This document shows, piece after piece, positions 9,615 through 18,855 of a stretch of DNA of 64,000 bases (position 1 is the stretch's first letter; the number at the start of each line of letters is the position of its first letter). The stretch is from Dehalococcoidia bacterium (lineage in GTDB: Bacteria > Chloroflexota > Dehalococcoidia > DSTF01 > RBG-16-68-14): the NCBI GenBank assembly GCA_040882355.1, contig JBBEBM010000029.1, forward strand, positions 62,001 to 126,000, given 5' to 3'. The position numbers and the translations under genes are program-made. The notes under the pieces were generated by a model. It did no database searches, had not been told where the DNA came from, and saw only the letters and a list, made by a program, of their open reading frames with translations.

Positions 9615-10933
9615 TGGAACTACGCGTTCGATACGCGCGCACTACTGATGGTGTGGACATTGCGTACGCCTCGATTGGCTCTGGACCGCCGTTGCTCATC
9701 GCCCGTCCACTGCTCAGGCTGGCCGTCGATGACGAGCTTGCCGACGATAGCGACGCCCCATGGCTGAGCGTTGCCGATCATCGGACGCTGGTAGTCTGGG
9801 ATCCCAGGGGTTTTGGCCTGTCCAGTGTCGAAGAGCCGCAGTACACGCTCGAATCGTCCGTCATGGACCTCTCGGCGGTGGCAGACGGGCTCGGGCTCGA
9901 TCAGTTTGACCTGCTGGGTCACTTTTCACCGGCCCATACTGTGATTGCCTATGCGGCTCGCAATCCGGGTCGAGTCGGTCGCGTTGCACTCTGGAACCCG
10001 TCACCGCCGGGAATGTCACCGCGCTTGAGCACGTTCGCGGGGCTTCCCGACATCGGGCACTCGCACTTCCTGGAGTACATACAACTCGCGGCGTTGCGCT
10101 CCATCGGGTGGGATCGAGGACGCGCAGCGAAGAGGTTTGTCGAGCACACGTCCAGCCAGTTCACGGCCGACTCATGGGACCGGGTCATGACCCAGCTTGA
10201 GCAACTCGACGCAACTCCCGAGGCGTCTGCCGTCACTGCGCCCACGCTCGTCATCGCCGATACCAGTCCGCGTACCGCGGGCGTGGGCGCGCGCTCCGAG
10301 GAAGCGAATCGGTATCGGCAGAGGCTCGTTGCACTCCTGCCGAACGCCGAGCTCGCGCGTCTAAAGCCCGGCGCGAACCAGACGTACGTCCAGATCGTCG
10401 ACGCGTTCCTCGCTGGAGCGGCGGTGGAACCAGACGAGGCTCTATCCGGCACGGCCGTCATCCTCTTCGCCGACATCGCCGGCTCCACCGCGCTGACCGA
10501 ACGGCTAGGCGACGCGGCGTTTCGAGAGCGGGCGCGCGAGCTGGACGGGGCGCTGCGCGAAGCGATCACGGATGCAGGCGGCACCGCCATCGAGGGGAAG
10601 CTGCTCGGCGACGGCGTGCTCGCCGTCTTCGGCGCGGCGCGCGAGGCGATCGCCTGTGCGCAGGCCTGCCATGCGGCGGGCAGCCAGGCCGGGCTGGCCC
10701 TACATATCGGCATCCACGCCGGCGACGTGATTCGAGAAGAGGGAAACGTGTACGGCGGCGCCGTCAACATCGCCGCGCGCGTGGCCGGCGAGGCCGCGGC
10801 AGGCGAGACCCTCGTATCGGCGACGGTGCGCGAACTCGCCCGCACCTCGGCGGGCGTCTCGTTCGAAGACCGCGGCGAGCGCGAGCTAAAGGGCGTCTCC
10901 GAGCCAGTGCGGGTCTGGGTGGTGCGAGGGTAG
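9614..10933 (+). CDS. Alpha/beta-hydrolase + class III nucleotide cyclase, copy 3
   Basis: WDPRGFGLS; ILFADIAGST, KLLGDG, VNIAARV; TGATG overlap. Confidence 0.9.
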   Translation: MELRVRYARTTDGVDIAYASIGSGPPLLIARPLLRLAVDDELADDSDAPWLSVADHRTLVVWDPRGFGLSSVEEPQYTLESSVMDLSAVADGLGLDQFDLLGHFSPAHTVIAYAARNPGRVGRVALWNPSPPGMSPRLSTFAGLPDIGHSHFLEYIQLAALRSIGWDRGRAAKRFVEHTSSQFTADSWDRVMTQLEQLDATPEASAVTAPTLVIADTSPRTAGVGARSEEANRYRQRLVALLPNAELARLKPGANQTYVQIVDAFLAGAAVEPDEALSGTAVILFADIAGSTALTERLGDAAFRERARELDGALREAITDAGGTAIEGKLLGDGVLAVFGAAREAIACAQACHAAGSQAGLALHIGIHAGDVIREEGNVYGGAVNIAARVAGEAAAGETLVSATVRELARTSAGVSFEDRGERELKGVSEPVRVWVVRG

Positions 10934-10940
10934 ACGGGCG

Positions 10941-11774
10941 TCAGGTCTGAGGCACGCCGGCGCGGAGGCGCTCAGAGAGCGCTTCGGGGTCCGGCCGCCA
11001 GTCCATCAGCCAGGTAGCGCCTGCCGCCGCGAAGCGATCGACGAGGTCTCGTGCGTGAGCGCCATCCGCCGGGATCGCGGCGCTGGCCGAGATGTCGTAC
11101 GGTCCATCCGACCTCCGGTGTTCCCGGATGTACGTGATGACCTCCGGCAACTCGTCGAGTGTAAGAAGGCCAGCCGAGTCGGGCGTTGCCCCCACTTTCG
11201 CCGGCCAGGCGCCGTCCCATTGCGCTGCCCGCCGGAATGGCGCCCGGTTCGGCCAGTAGCCGCCGACCCAGATGGGGATGCGCGGCTGCTGCACCGGGCG
11301 CGGGAGGAACGTGACGTTGTCGAGCTGGTAGTGCTCTCCCTGATAGCTGAACGGCTCGCCCGACCAAAGGCCTGTGAGGACATCGAGCCCCTCGTCGAGC
11401 TTCCCGGCGCGGACGCGGACATTGGCGTCCTCGCCCAGGCGCGTGAACTCCTCGTCCGGCGGCCCGCCCAGCCCGACCCCGAGGATGAGCCGCCCACCCG
11501 AGAGCTGATCGATGGAGACCGTCTCGCGCGCGACCTTCCAGGGGCGGCGGCGCGGCAAAGGCGTGATCATCGTGCCGATGCGGATGCGACTGGTGGCCAG
11601 CGCAATCGCCGTCAGCGCCACCCAAGGGTCTATCATGGGTTGTTGCGTGAAGTGGATGTGGTCCCACAGGAAGAAGCCGTCCCAGCCGCTGTCTTCGGCC
11701 TCCCTCGCCAGCTCAGCGAGGCGGCGGATGTCCGCGAAGGCAGCGAAGTTGTGGACGTTGACTGCGAATCGCAC
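10941..11774 (-). CDS. LLM-class flavin-dependent oxidoreductase
   Basis: GWDGFFLWDH, DPWVAL, SGGRLILGVG, PIWVGG. Confidence 0.9.
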   Translation of the reverse strand: MRFAVNVHNFAAFADIRRLAELAREAEDSGWDGFFLWDHIHFTQQPMIDPWVALTAIALATSRIRIGTMITPLPRRRPWKVARETVSIDQLSGGRLILGVGLGGPPDEEFTRLGEDANVRVRAGKLDEGLDVLTGLWSGEPFSYQGEHYQLDNVTFLPRPVQQPRIPIWVGGYWPNRAPFRRAAQWDGAWPAKVGATPDSAGLLTLDELPEVITYIREHRRSDGPYDISASAAIPADGAHARDLVDRFAAAGATWLMDWRPDPEALSERLRAGVPQT

Positions 11775-11878
11775 GGGAGGATGTTACCAGACTTCAGGAG
11801 GCCTGGCGCGTCCGGTCGTCGTCGCGCAGAATACTGTTTGGGTGCGGCAAGGAGAGACCGGACAGGAGGGACAGACTT

Positions 11879-12835
11879 ATGAGCGCACGAAAGAAGGTCA
11901 CCATCGTCGGCGCAGGCATGACTGGTGGGGCGATGGCCCAGCGGCTGGTCGAGAAGGGGTACTGCGACGTGGTGCTCCAGGACGAGCCGAGCATCGTCGA
12001 GACGATGCATCACGGGAAGGCGCTCGATAGCGCCCAGTCGGCCGCCTGGCTCCGCTTCGACAGCCAGATCATCCCCACGGACGGCTGGGCCGAGACCGCC
12101 GGTTCGGAGGTCGTCGTGCTCACGGCCGGCGCGCCGCGCAAGCCCGGCCAGAGCCGCGAGGAGCTGCTCAACAGCAACGCGGCCATCGTGCGCGACAAGG
12201 TGACGAACGCGGCGCGCCACTCGCCCGATGCGACGCTGATCGTCTTCGCGAACCCGATGGACGCGATGTGCCACGTTGCGCTCGACGCGTCGGGCTTCCC
12301 GCGCGAGCGCGTAATCGGCCAGGGCGGCATGCTGGACAGCGCCCGCTACCGCACCTTCGTCTCCCGCGAGCTGGACGTCTCGATCCGAGACGTGCATGGC
12401 TACGTGCTCGGCGGCCACACTGACACCACGATGGTGGCCGCCGTTAGCACGACGACCGCCGGCGGCATCCCGCTCACGGCGCTGCTGCCCAAGGATCGCA
12501 TCGACGCCCTCGTCGAGCGCACGATGAAGGGCGGCGCCGAGGTGCTCGGCCTGCTCAAGGTGGGCAGCGCCTATCAGGCGCCCGCGGCGGCGACGATCGA
12601 GATGGTCGAGGCGATCCTGCTCGATCAGCACCGGCTCATGCCGTGCGCCATCCTGCTCAAGGGCGAGTACGGTGTCAGCGACGTATTCTGCGGCACGATC
12701 GTCAAGCTCGGCACCGGCGGCGTCCAGCACGTCTACGAGGTGCCGGTTTCTGACGACGAGCTCACCAAGATCCGTGCCGCCGCCGACGCCACGAAGGAGC
12801 TGATCGGCCTTCTGGAGCCGCCGGTGAAGGTGTAG
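11879..12835 (+). CDS. mdh: Malate dehydrogenase (LDH-like)
   Basis: GAGxxG, TAGAPRKPGQSR, NPMD, LDSAR, GGH. Confidence 0.9.
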   Translation: MSARKKVTIVGAGMTGGAMAQRLVEKGYCDVVLQDEPSIVETMHHGKALDSAQSAAWLRFDSQIIPTDGWAETAGSEVVVLTAGAPRKPGQSREELLNSNAAIVRDKVTNAARHSPDATLIVFANPMDAMCHVALDASGFPRERVIGQGGMLDSARYRTFVSRELDVSIRDVHGYVLGGHTDTTMVAAVSTTTAGGIPLTALLPKDRIDALVERTMKGGAEVLGLLKVGSAYQAPAAATIEMVEAILLDQHRLMPCAILLKGEYGVSDVFCGTIVKLGTGGVQHVYEVPVSDDELTKIRAAADATKELIGLLEPPVKV

Positions 12836-12862
12836 CCGGCGCTGCCTGATCGAGGACCACCC

Positions 12863-13672
12863 ATGACGGAGCCACCTCGCGCCACCGAGGAGCGCCTCGC
12901 CTTCGATCAGGTGCCGGAGGCGTACGACCGCGTCCGCCCCACCTATCCCGAGCCGCTCTTTGACGAGCTGTTCGCATACGTGCGCGCGGACGGCCCGGCG
13001 GCGATTCTCGAGATCGGGCCCGGCACCGGCAAGGCGACGCGATCGCTGCTAGAGCGGGGCGCCTCCGTGACCGCGGTCGAGATCGGCGTCCACCTGGCGG
13101 AGTTCCTGCGCGCCAGGCTCTCGCCCGACTTCCCAGGTCGTCTCGAAGTAGTGAACGCGCCGTTCGAGGAGGCTGACCTGCGGCACAACCAGTTCGAGGC
13201 CGTTGTTTCGGCGACGGCCTTCCACTGGCTCGACCCGGCGATTCGCCTACAGAGGTGCCACGACCTGCTCCGGCCCGGCGGCACCCTCGCGATCATTGAT
13301 ACGAACCAGATCGCGTCCGACGCAGACAGCGGCTTCTTCGATCGCACGTTCCCGATCTACCTGCGATACCGCCCCGACGAGCCGCGCTCCAAGACCCCGG
13401 GGGAGGACGTCGTGCCGAAGGCGTTCGATGAGGTGCAGGGCAGCGCCCTCTTCGACGACGTGACGCTGCATCGCTATCGGTGGGACCAGACGTACCCGAC
13501 AGCGGCGTACGCCGACCTCGTGCGCTCGTATGCGAACACACAGGCGATGGAGCCCGGACCGCGAGAAGCGCTGATCGCCGACCTGTGCGAGGTCATCGAT
13601 TCCGAATACGACGGCTTCGTCGTCCGCCCGCTCGTGATGACGCTCACGCTGGGCCGACGGGCGAAGAGGTAG
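12863..13672 (+). CDS. Class I SAM-dependent methyltransferase
   Basis: LEIGPGTGKAT, SATAFHW, LRPGG. Confidence 0.9.
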   Translation: MTEPPRATEERLAFDQVPEAYDRVRPTYPEPLFDELFAYVRADGPAAILEIGPGTGKATRSLLERGASVTAVEIGVHLAEFLRARLSPDFPGRLEVVNAPFEEADLRHNQFEAVVSATAFHWLDPAIRLQRCHDLLRPGGTLAIIDTNQIASDADSGFFDRTFPIYLRYRPDEPRSKTPGEDVVPKAFDEVQGSALFDDVTLHRYRWDQTYPTAAYADLVRSYANTQAMEPGPREALIADLCEVIDSEYDGFVVRPLVMTLTLGRRAKR

Positions 13673-13730
13673 CGAGACACCAGCTCGACCTGCGGCGACT
13701 CAACCCACAGCGGCGCTATACTAGTCTTGC

Positions 13731-13879
13731 CAGGCTGAAGCCTGGCCTTCGGTACCGTGGACTGAAGCTGGTCGTCGCAAGCCCCGCGTAGGCCGGGCCT
13801 TCTCGCCACGGCGAGTCGCCGGAGGCGACAGCCCCGCCGCGAGGCCCGAAGTCGTAGGGACAGACCTTGAGGTCTGTCC
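13731..13879. repeat. REP-like cluster (CAGGCTGAAGCCTG and GTAGGGACAGACC palindromes)
   Basis: Same units recur at 29930-29951 and 32137-32205. Confidence 0.75.
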
Positions 13880-13933
13880 GGCCCTCTCGACAGCCTGCCG
13901 AGGGCGATCCAGGAAAGGGAAGGGTAGACCACC

Positions 13934-14803
13934 ATGACCACCGACGCACCGACGAAGGTACGCGACATTCACGTCGACGAGATCACGGCAACGGTCGCGG
14001 AGCTCTGCCAGTCGGCGACGCACTTCCTGCCGGATGACGTCGTCGCCGGGCTGGAGCGCGCCCGCGACACCGAGAAGTCCGATCTCGGCAAGCAGGTGCT
14101 GGTCGAGATCCTCGAGAATGTCGACATCGCCAAGCGCGACATGCTCCCGCTCTGTCAGGACACGGGCACGACAGTCGTCTTCGTCGAGCTGGGTCAGGAC
14201 GTGCACATCGTCGGCGGCTCGCTCACGGAAGCGATCAACAAGGGTGTGTCGAAGGGCTACACGGAGGGCTTCCTGCGAGCGTCGATGGTCGAGCACCCGT
14301 TTTCGAGCCGCGTCAACACGAAGGACAACACCCCTGCCGTGATCCACGTCGACGTGGCGCCGGGCGACGCATTCAAGATCAAGGTGCTGCCCAAGGGCGG
14401 CGGCTGCGAGAACATGAGCCGCTTTACCGTCATGCTCCCTTCGGTGGGCAAGGACGCCATCGTCGAGTTCGTCCTGCGGGCGATCGAGGAGTCGGGCGGC
14501 AACCCGTGCCCGCCCCTGGTCGTCGGCGTCGGCGTTGGCGGCTCGTCCGAGTACGCGATGTACCTCGCGAAGAAGGGCGTTACGCGTAAGGTGGGCGTCC
14601 CGAGCGACGACCCGGAGACCGCCGAGTTCGAGGCGGAGCTGCTGGAGAAGGTGAACGCGCTCGGCGTCGGGCCGCAGGCCGTCGGCGGGATCAACACCGC
14701 CCTCGCCGTCAACATCGAGACCTACCCGACACACATCACGGCCCTGCCTGTCGCCGTCAACCTCCAGTGCCACAGCGCCCGTCTCAAAGAAGCGTCCCTG
14801 TGA
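13934..14803 (+). CDS. Fe-S fumarate hydratase alpha subunit
   Basis: PLCQDTG, KGGGCEN, NPCPP, QCH. Confidence 0.92.
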   Translation: MTTDAPTKVRDIHVDEITATVAELCQSATHFLPDDVVAGLERARDTEKSDLGKQVLVEILENVDIAKRDMLPLCQDTGTTVVFVELGQDVHIVGGSLTEAINKGVSKGYTEGFLRASMVEHPFSSRVNTKDNTPAVIHVDVAPGDAFKIKVLPKGGGCENMSRFTVMLPSVGKDAIVEFVLRAIEESGGNPCPPLVVGVGVGGSSEYAMYLAKKGVTRKVGVPSDDPETAEFEAELLEKVNALGVGPQAVGGINTALAVNIETYPTHITALPVAVNLQCHSARLKEASL

Positions 14804-15114
14804 CCTCAAAGCTCAAGCCTCGCCACCGCACCGTTCCGCCGAAGCAGCCTGACGCCGAGCCGGTCTGCCTGCTCGATGCTGAGTGGGCCAAGCGGCGCGC
14901 GGAGCCGCCGGACGCCTTCCTCGCGTCGGCGCGTTCGCAGCGCACCCTGGCGGACGGCGCCGAGTTCCGCTTCGAGGCGGTCGACGGCCTGTGGGAGCGC
15001 GTGAGCACGTTTGTAGACGAGGAGCGAGAGTGCTGTCCGTTCTTCGCCTTCGAGGAGTGGGAAGACGGCGGCGAGGTGGTGCTGCGCATCACCCGGCCGG
15101 AGAACGCGCGATGA
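14800..15114 (+). CDS. Small protein with ExxCCPFF motif (putative metal binding)
   Basis: PVCLL...ERECCPFFAF; GTGA overlap with fumarase alpha stop. Confidence 0.7.
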   Translation: MTSKLKPRHRTVPPKQPDAEPVCLLDAEWAKRRAEPPDAFLASARSQRTLADGAEFRFEAVDGLWERVSTFVDEERECCPFFAFEEWEDGGEVVLRITRPENAR

Positions 15115-15515
15115 CCCGAGAACTACGCGTCGTCCATCCCGCCGACCGCGATCGGGGCACCGCCCAGACGCCCGGCATGCATCGCGAGGCCGGCGTCGCC
15201 GGCTCGACGGTCGGCGCGGAGAAGCTCTGGGTTGGCCACGTCACGATGTCTCCCGGCGTCAAGTCAGGCGCGCACCACCACGGCCCGGTCGAGAGCGCGA
15301 TCTACGTCATCAGCGGCCGGGCGCGCTTTCGCTTCGGGCCGCGCCTGGAGCAGACCGCTGAGGCGGGTCCGGGCGACTTCATCTTCGTCCCGCCGGAGGT
15401 GGTGCACCAGGAGATCAACGTCGACCCGGACGCGCCGGTCGAGATGATCGTCGCCCGCGACGGCCAGGAGAACATCGTCGTGAACGTGGATCCGCCGGAA
15501 GCGGAAGGGAACTAG
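15111..15515 (+). CDS. Cupin-domain protein
   Basis: AHHHGPVESAIYVISG, GPGDFIFVPPEVVHQE; ATGA overlap. Confidence 0.88.
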   Translation: MTRELRVVHPADRDRGTAQTPGMHREAGVAGSTVGAEKLWVGHVTMSPGVKSGAHHHGPVESAIYVISGRARFRFGPRLEQTAEAGPGDFIFVPPEVVHQEINVDPDAPVEMIVARDGQENIVVNVDPPEAEGN

Positions 15516-15596
15516 CCACAGATGAACACAGATTTTCACAGATTGCTGCGGGCTCGCGTTGTTCGAAATCTGTGTGTGTCGGTGTCAATCTGTGGC
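15515..15596. repeat. Inverted CACAGAT multimer hairpin
   Basis: GCCACAGAT..CACAGAT..CACAGAT / ATCTGTGT..ATCTGTGGC. Confidence 0.75.
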
Positions 15597-15609
15597 CATG
15601 AAAGGGTGA

Positions 15610-16248
15610 ATGATGCCTGTTGAACGGACGAACGGTGAAGTGCGCGTCAGCGCGCCGCTGACAGAGGACGACATCGCGCAACTGCGCGCAGGCGAGCACG
15701 TGCGCTTCTACGGCCACATGTACACCGCGCGCGACGCCGCCCACAGGCGGATGATCGCCGCGGCCGAAGCAGGCGAGCCGTTGCCGATCGATATCGAGGG
15801 TCAGATCATCTACTACGTCGGCCCGACGCCGCCCCGGCCGGGCCGCGTCATCGGCTCAGCCGGCCCGACGACCGCGATTCGCATGGACCCGTTCACGCCG
15901 AAGCTGCTCGAGCTGGGACTGAAGATGATCATCGGCAAGGGGGGGCGCGGGCCGCGCGTCCAGCGCGCGCTCAAGGAGAACAAAGCTGCCTACTGCCTGG
16001 CCGTCGGCGGCGCGGGCGCGCTCCTCTCGAAGACCATCCGCAAGGCGGAGGTCGTCGCCTACGAGGACCTGGGCACTGAGTCGATCAAACGCTTCGAAGT
16101 CGAAGGCTTTCCGGCGATCGTCTGCTGCGACATGTACGGCGGCGACCTGCTCCTGCAGGGCAAGGAGCAGTGGCGCCAGCCGGAGAAGCTGGGCTCGTAC
16201 GTGCCGGTGGCGCCGCTGGCCGAAGACACGGACGGCGGCGGGTCGTAG
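15610..16248 (+). CDS. Fe-S fumarate hydratase beta subunit
   Basis: TARDAAH, YYVGP, AGPTT, IGKGGR, DLG. Confidence 0.92.
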   Translation: MMPVERTNGEVRVSAPLTEDDIAQLRAGEHVRFYGHMYTARDAAHRRMIAAAEAGEPLPIDIEGQIIYYVGPTPPRPGRVIGSAGPTTAIRMDPFTPKLLELGLKMIIGKGGRGPRVQRALKENKAAYCLAVGGAGALLSKTIRKAEVVAYEDLGTESIKRFEVEGFPAIVCCDMYGGDLLLQGKEQWRQPEKLGSYVPVAPLAEDTDGGGS

Positions 16249-16279
16249 AACGCGAGGCTAGGCGCATGAGGAGGAGACC

Positions 16280-16597
16280 ATGATCGTCTCGACTACACAC
16301 GAGCTGCAGGGAAGCACCATCCAGGAGTACCTGGGCATCGTCGTCGGCGAGAGTATCATCGCCACGAACATCATGCGCGACATCATGGCCGGCGTGCGCG
16401 ACATCGTCGGCGGCCGTTCCGGCGCCTACGAAGAGAAGATGCGCGAGGCGCGCGATATCGCCATCAAAGAGATGATCGAAGAGGCCGAGCAGGCTGGCGC
16501 GAACGCCATCGTCGGCGTGGACATCGATTACGAGACGATCGGCGGCAACATGCTGATGGTGTCGGCGTCCGGCACGGCGGTGAAGCTCGGTTCGTGA
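16280..16597 (+). CDS. YbjQ/UPF0145 family protein
   Basis: [26 protein letters not shown]. Confidence 0.92.
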   Translation: MIVSTTHELQGSTIQEYLGIVVGESIIATNIMRDIMAGVRDIVGGRSGAYEEKMREARDIAIKEMIEEAEQAGANAIVGVDIDYETIGGNMLMVSASGTAVKLGS

Positions 16598-17502
16598 CGA
16601 TCACCCTTGACTGGCTCGGCACGGCGACCTTCCGCCTCACCATCGACGACCTCGTCGTCTTCCTCGACGCGTACATCGACCGCTCGCCCGCCGCGCCACC
16701 GGTCGGCCTGACCGCGGCCGAGGTCGACCGCGCCGACTTCATCCTCGTCGGCCACAGCCACTTCGACCACCTCGCGGGCGCCGAGGTCATCGCCCGCAAC
16801 ACAGGCGCGACGATCATCGCCTCGAACGAGTCGTGCCGCGTCATGCGCGAGTGCGGCGTCCCGGCTCGCGAGCAGCTCCGCCCGTCGCAGGGCGGCGAGC
16901 GCCACCGGCTGGCGGACGGCGTCACGGTGCGCGTCTTCCCCAGCCTGCACGCCTGCCTCTGGGCGGGTGCCCCGGGCGGCGTCGGCGAGGAGCACACTGG
17001 CGGCCTCGGGCTCTGCGAGGACGAGCGCCGCGCGCTCCTCACCGACCGCAACCCGGTCGCCGCGGCGACGCGCCAGGGCTCGGAGCGGGCGCCGCAGTTC
17101 CTTGAGCACGTGCGCGGCCTGGCCGGCAGCACCCGCGACGGCGGGCCGCTCGCCTACCTGATCGAGACGCCGCAGGGCAGCATCTTCTACCAGGACACGT
17201 CGGGCTGCTGGAGCGGTGTCCTGCGCGACGTTCGCGCCGACGTTGCGATCCTGGCGCTCTCCGGCCGTCCGAACCTGGACGGCGAGCCGTTTCAGGGCTT
17301 CCTCGCGCAGTTCGTCGCGCGGGAGGCGGCGTGGCTCCAGCCGAGCACGGTGGTCTTCAGCCACCACGACAACTGGACGGGCATGGCCGACGAGCGCGCC
17401 ATCGACACGGCGCCCGCCCGAGACGAGCTCGCCCGCGTCCTACCGAGCGCCACGCTGCTCGAGCCGTGGTACGTGGAGGGCACGGAGCTGCTGGCGGGGT
17501 AG
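16594..17502 (+). CDS. MBL-fold metallo-hydrolase
   Basis: WLG, HSHFDH, SLH, HHD. Confidence 0.85.
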   Translation: MTITLDWLGTATFRLTIDDLVVFLDAYIDRSPAAPPVGLTAAEVDRADFILVGHSHFDHLAGAEVIARNTGATIIASNESCRVMRECGVPAREQLRPSQGGERHRLADGVTVRVFPSLHACLWAGAPGGVGEEHTGGLGLCEDERRALLTDRNPVAAATRQGSERAPQFLEHVRGLAGSTRDGGPLAYLIETPQGSIFYQDTSGCWSGVLRDVRADVAILALSGRPNLDGEPFQGFLAQFVAREAAWLQPSTVVFSHHDNWTGMADERAIDTAPARDELARVLPSATLLEPWYVEGTELLAG

Positions 17503-17541
17503 GCCGCATTGTGCGGACGCGGAGGAGTCACGCGCCGGCGG

Positions 17542-18657
17542 TTAGTTGGCGAGCGGGTGCCGCATCCAGAAGTCCCAGAGGAGTGGTGTAGCTTTGATCT
17601 CCTGCGTTGGCTGGATGCCAATGGCCAGGCAATCCGGGCACAGCCGGTTGAATGTCTCAAGATCCACACCTGGCCACACATGTTGGCCGTCGCTGATCAC
17701 GTAAAACTCGACCGCCGAACCTTCCGAGCAACCGCCGAACGTGCGGCGCTCGACGTGTGGCGAGACCTGCGTTACTTCTGGCTCGGCCGGGCAGCCGTCA
17801 GCGGCGGCCCACTGAGCGACGACCGGCTCGACAGGCGGAAAGCCCTGCGTGTCGGCGGGAGGAGCAGTCGGCGGAGGCGGCGCGCGTTCGCCAGGGTGGC
17901 TGAAGCTGTAGCCGAGGCCCCCATAATACTGCACCGTGGTATCGAGCTTCCCGTGGAAGACCATGACGGGCAGCGGCCGCGAGAGCTGACATTCGGCGCT
18001 GAAGCGAATGCCTGACACCACGCCGATGGCTGCGATCCGGTCGGCGAGCGGGCACGCCTCGGTCGACGCAGTTATGCCGCCCCAGGAGATCCCGCCCATG
18101 AACACCCGCGCCGTGTCGATACACAGGCGCTGCTCGCTAGCATCAAGGAGCGCCTTGAGGAACGCGGGGCTGTTGTTACCCGACGCTGACGCCGGCCCAA
18201 GCCCATTGGGAGTGAGGACGAACACGCCTTGTTGCTCACCCAGCGTCTCGAATTCGTGCGCTTCCGCCACTACCGCAACCGCGGCGCCCAAGCCGTGGAG
18301 GTCGATGATCAACGGCAACGGCTCCGTCTCAGCGGCCGCCGATGGGATCATCTCGCGGTACGTGCCCGCTTCGGCCCCTACCATGAGCGTCTGCTCCGAT
18401 ACGCCGGCGTTCGGCGTAGCCTGGCTGCAACCTGATGACGGTCGCGGTGCGACGGCCGCCCCTGACGCCTCACTGTCCGCTTCGGGTGAAACGGCCGCGG
18501 TGGCGCCTGCTCCGTCGTTCGACGTACTGTCCGAGCAGCCGGCGACCAGCGCCGCCAGGAGCAGGCCGGCCAGCCATGGCCAGCGCACGTTCCGGTGCGG
18601 CGCCGGAAACGGAATATCGCAGCCAGATTCCTCGTCAGGCGGCGTCGTTTGCGTCAT
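17542..18657 (-). CDS. Exported esterase/lipoprotein (PHB depolymerase/LpqC-like)
   Basis: LVAGC lipobox, DLHG, GISWGG, FHGKLD, HVWPG. Confidence 0.75.
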   Translation of the reverse strand: MTQTTPPDEESGCDIPFPAPHRNVRWPWLAGLLLAALVAGCSDSTSNDGAGATAAVSPEADSEASGAAVAPRPSSGCSQATPNAGVSEQTLMVGAEAGTYREMIPSAAAETEPLPLIIDLHGLGAAVAVVAEAHEFETLGEQQGVFVLTPNGLGPASASGNNSPAFLKALLDASEQRLCIDTARVFMGGISWGGITASTEACPLADRIAAIGVVSGIRFSAECQLSRPLPVMVFHGKLDTTVQYYGGLGYSFSHPGERAPPPPTAPPADTQGFPPVEPVVAQWAAADGCPAEPEVTQVSPHVERRTFGGCSEGSAVEFYVISDGQHVWPGVDLETFNRLCPDCLAIGIQPTQEIKATPLLWDFWMRHPLAN

Positions 18658-18855
18658 GGTGGTGGAGCATAGCAGCAGCCGCCGCCCGCCCGCAAACTTC
18701 CACTTCACGACCAGCTTGCCGACGGTGCCCCTCGAACCCGCGACCCCCAACCACCCCCAACCGTCGGTTGACACCTTCGAGGGCGCGGCGGTACGCTGAC
18801 CGCGCTCACGGGACCTGAGTCAGATTCGCAGCGCCCAGCGAAGGAGGCGATACTC

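Noticed and set aside
7813..10933. DGR template/variable repeats in the cyclase genes
   Set aside because: Differences are not adenine-specific, all copies are coding, and no reverse transcriptase is present.
6982..10933. Pycsar/CBASS anti-phage system
   Set aside because: No adjacent cNMP-binding TM/TIR effector; the LipJ-like architecture suggests signalling.
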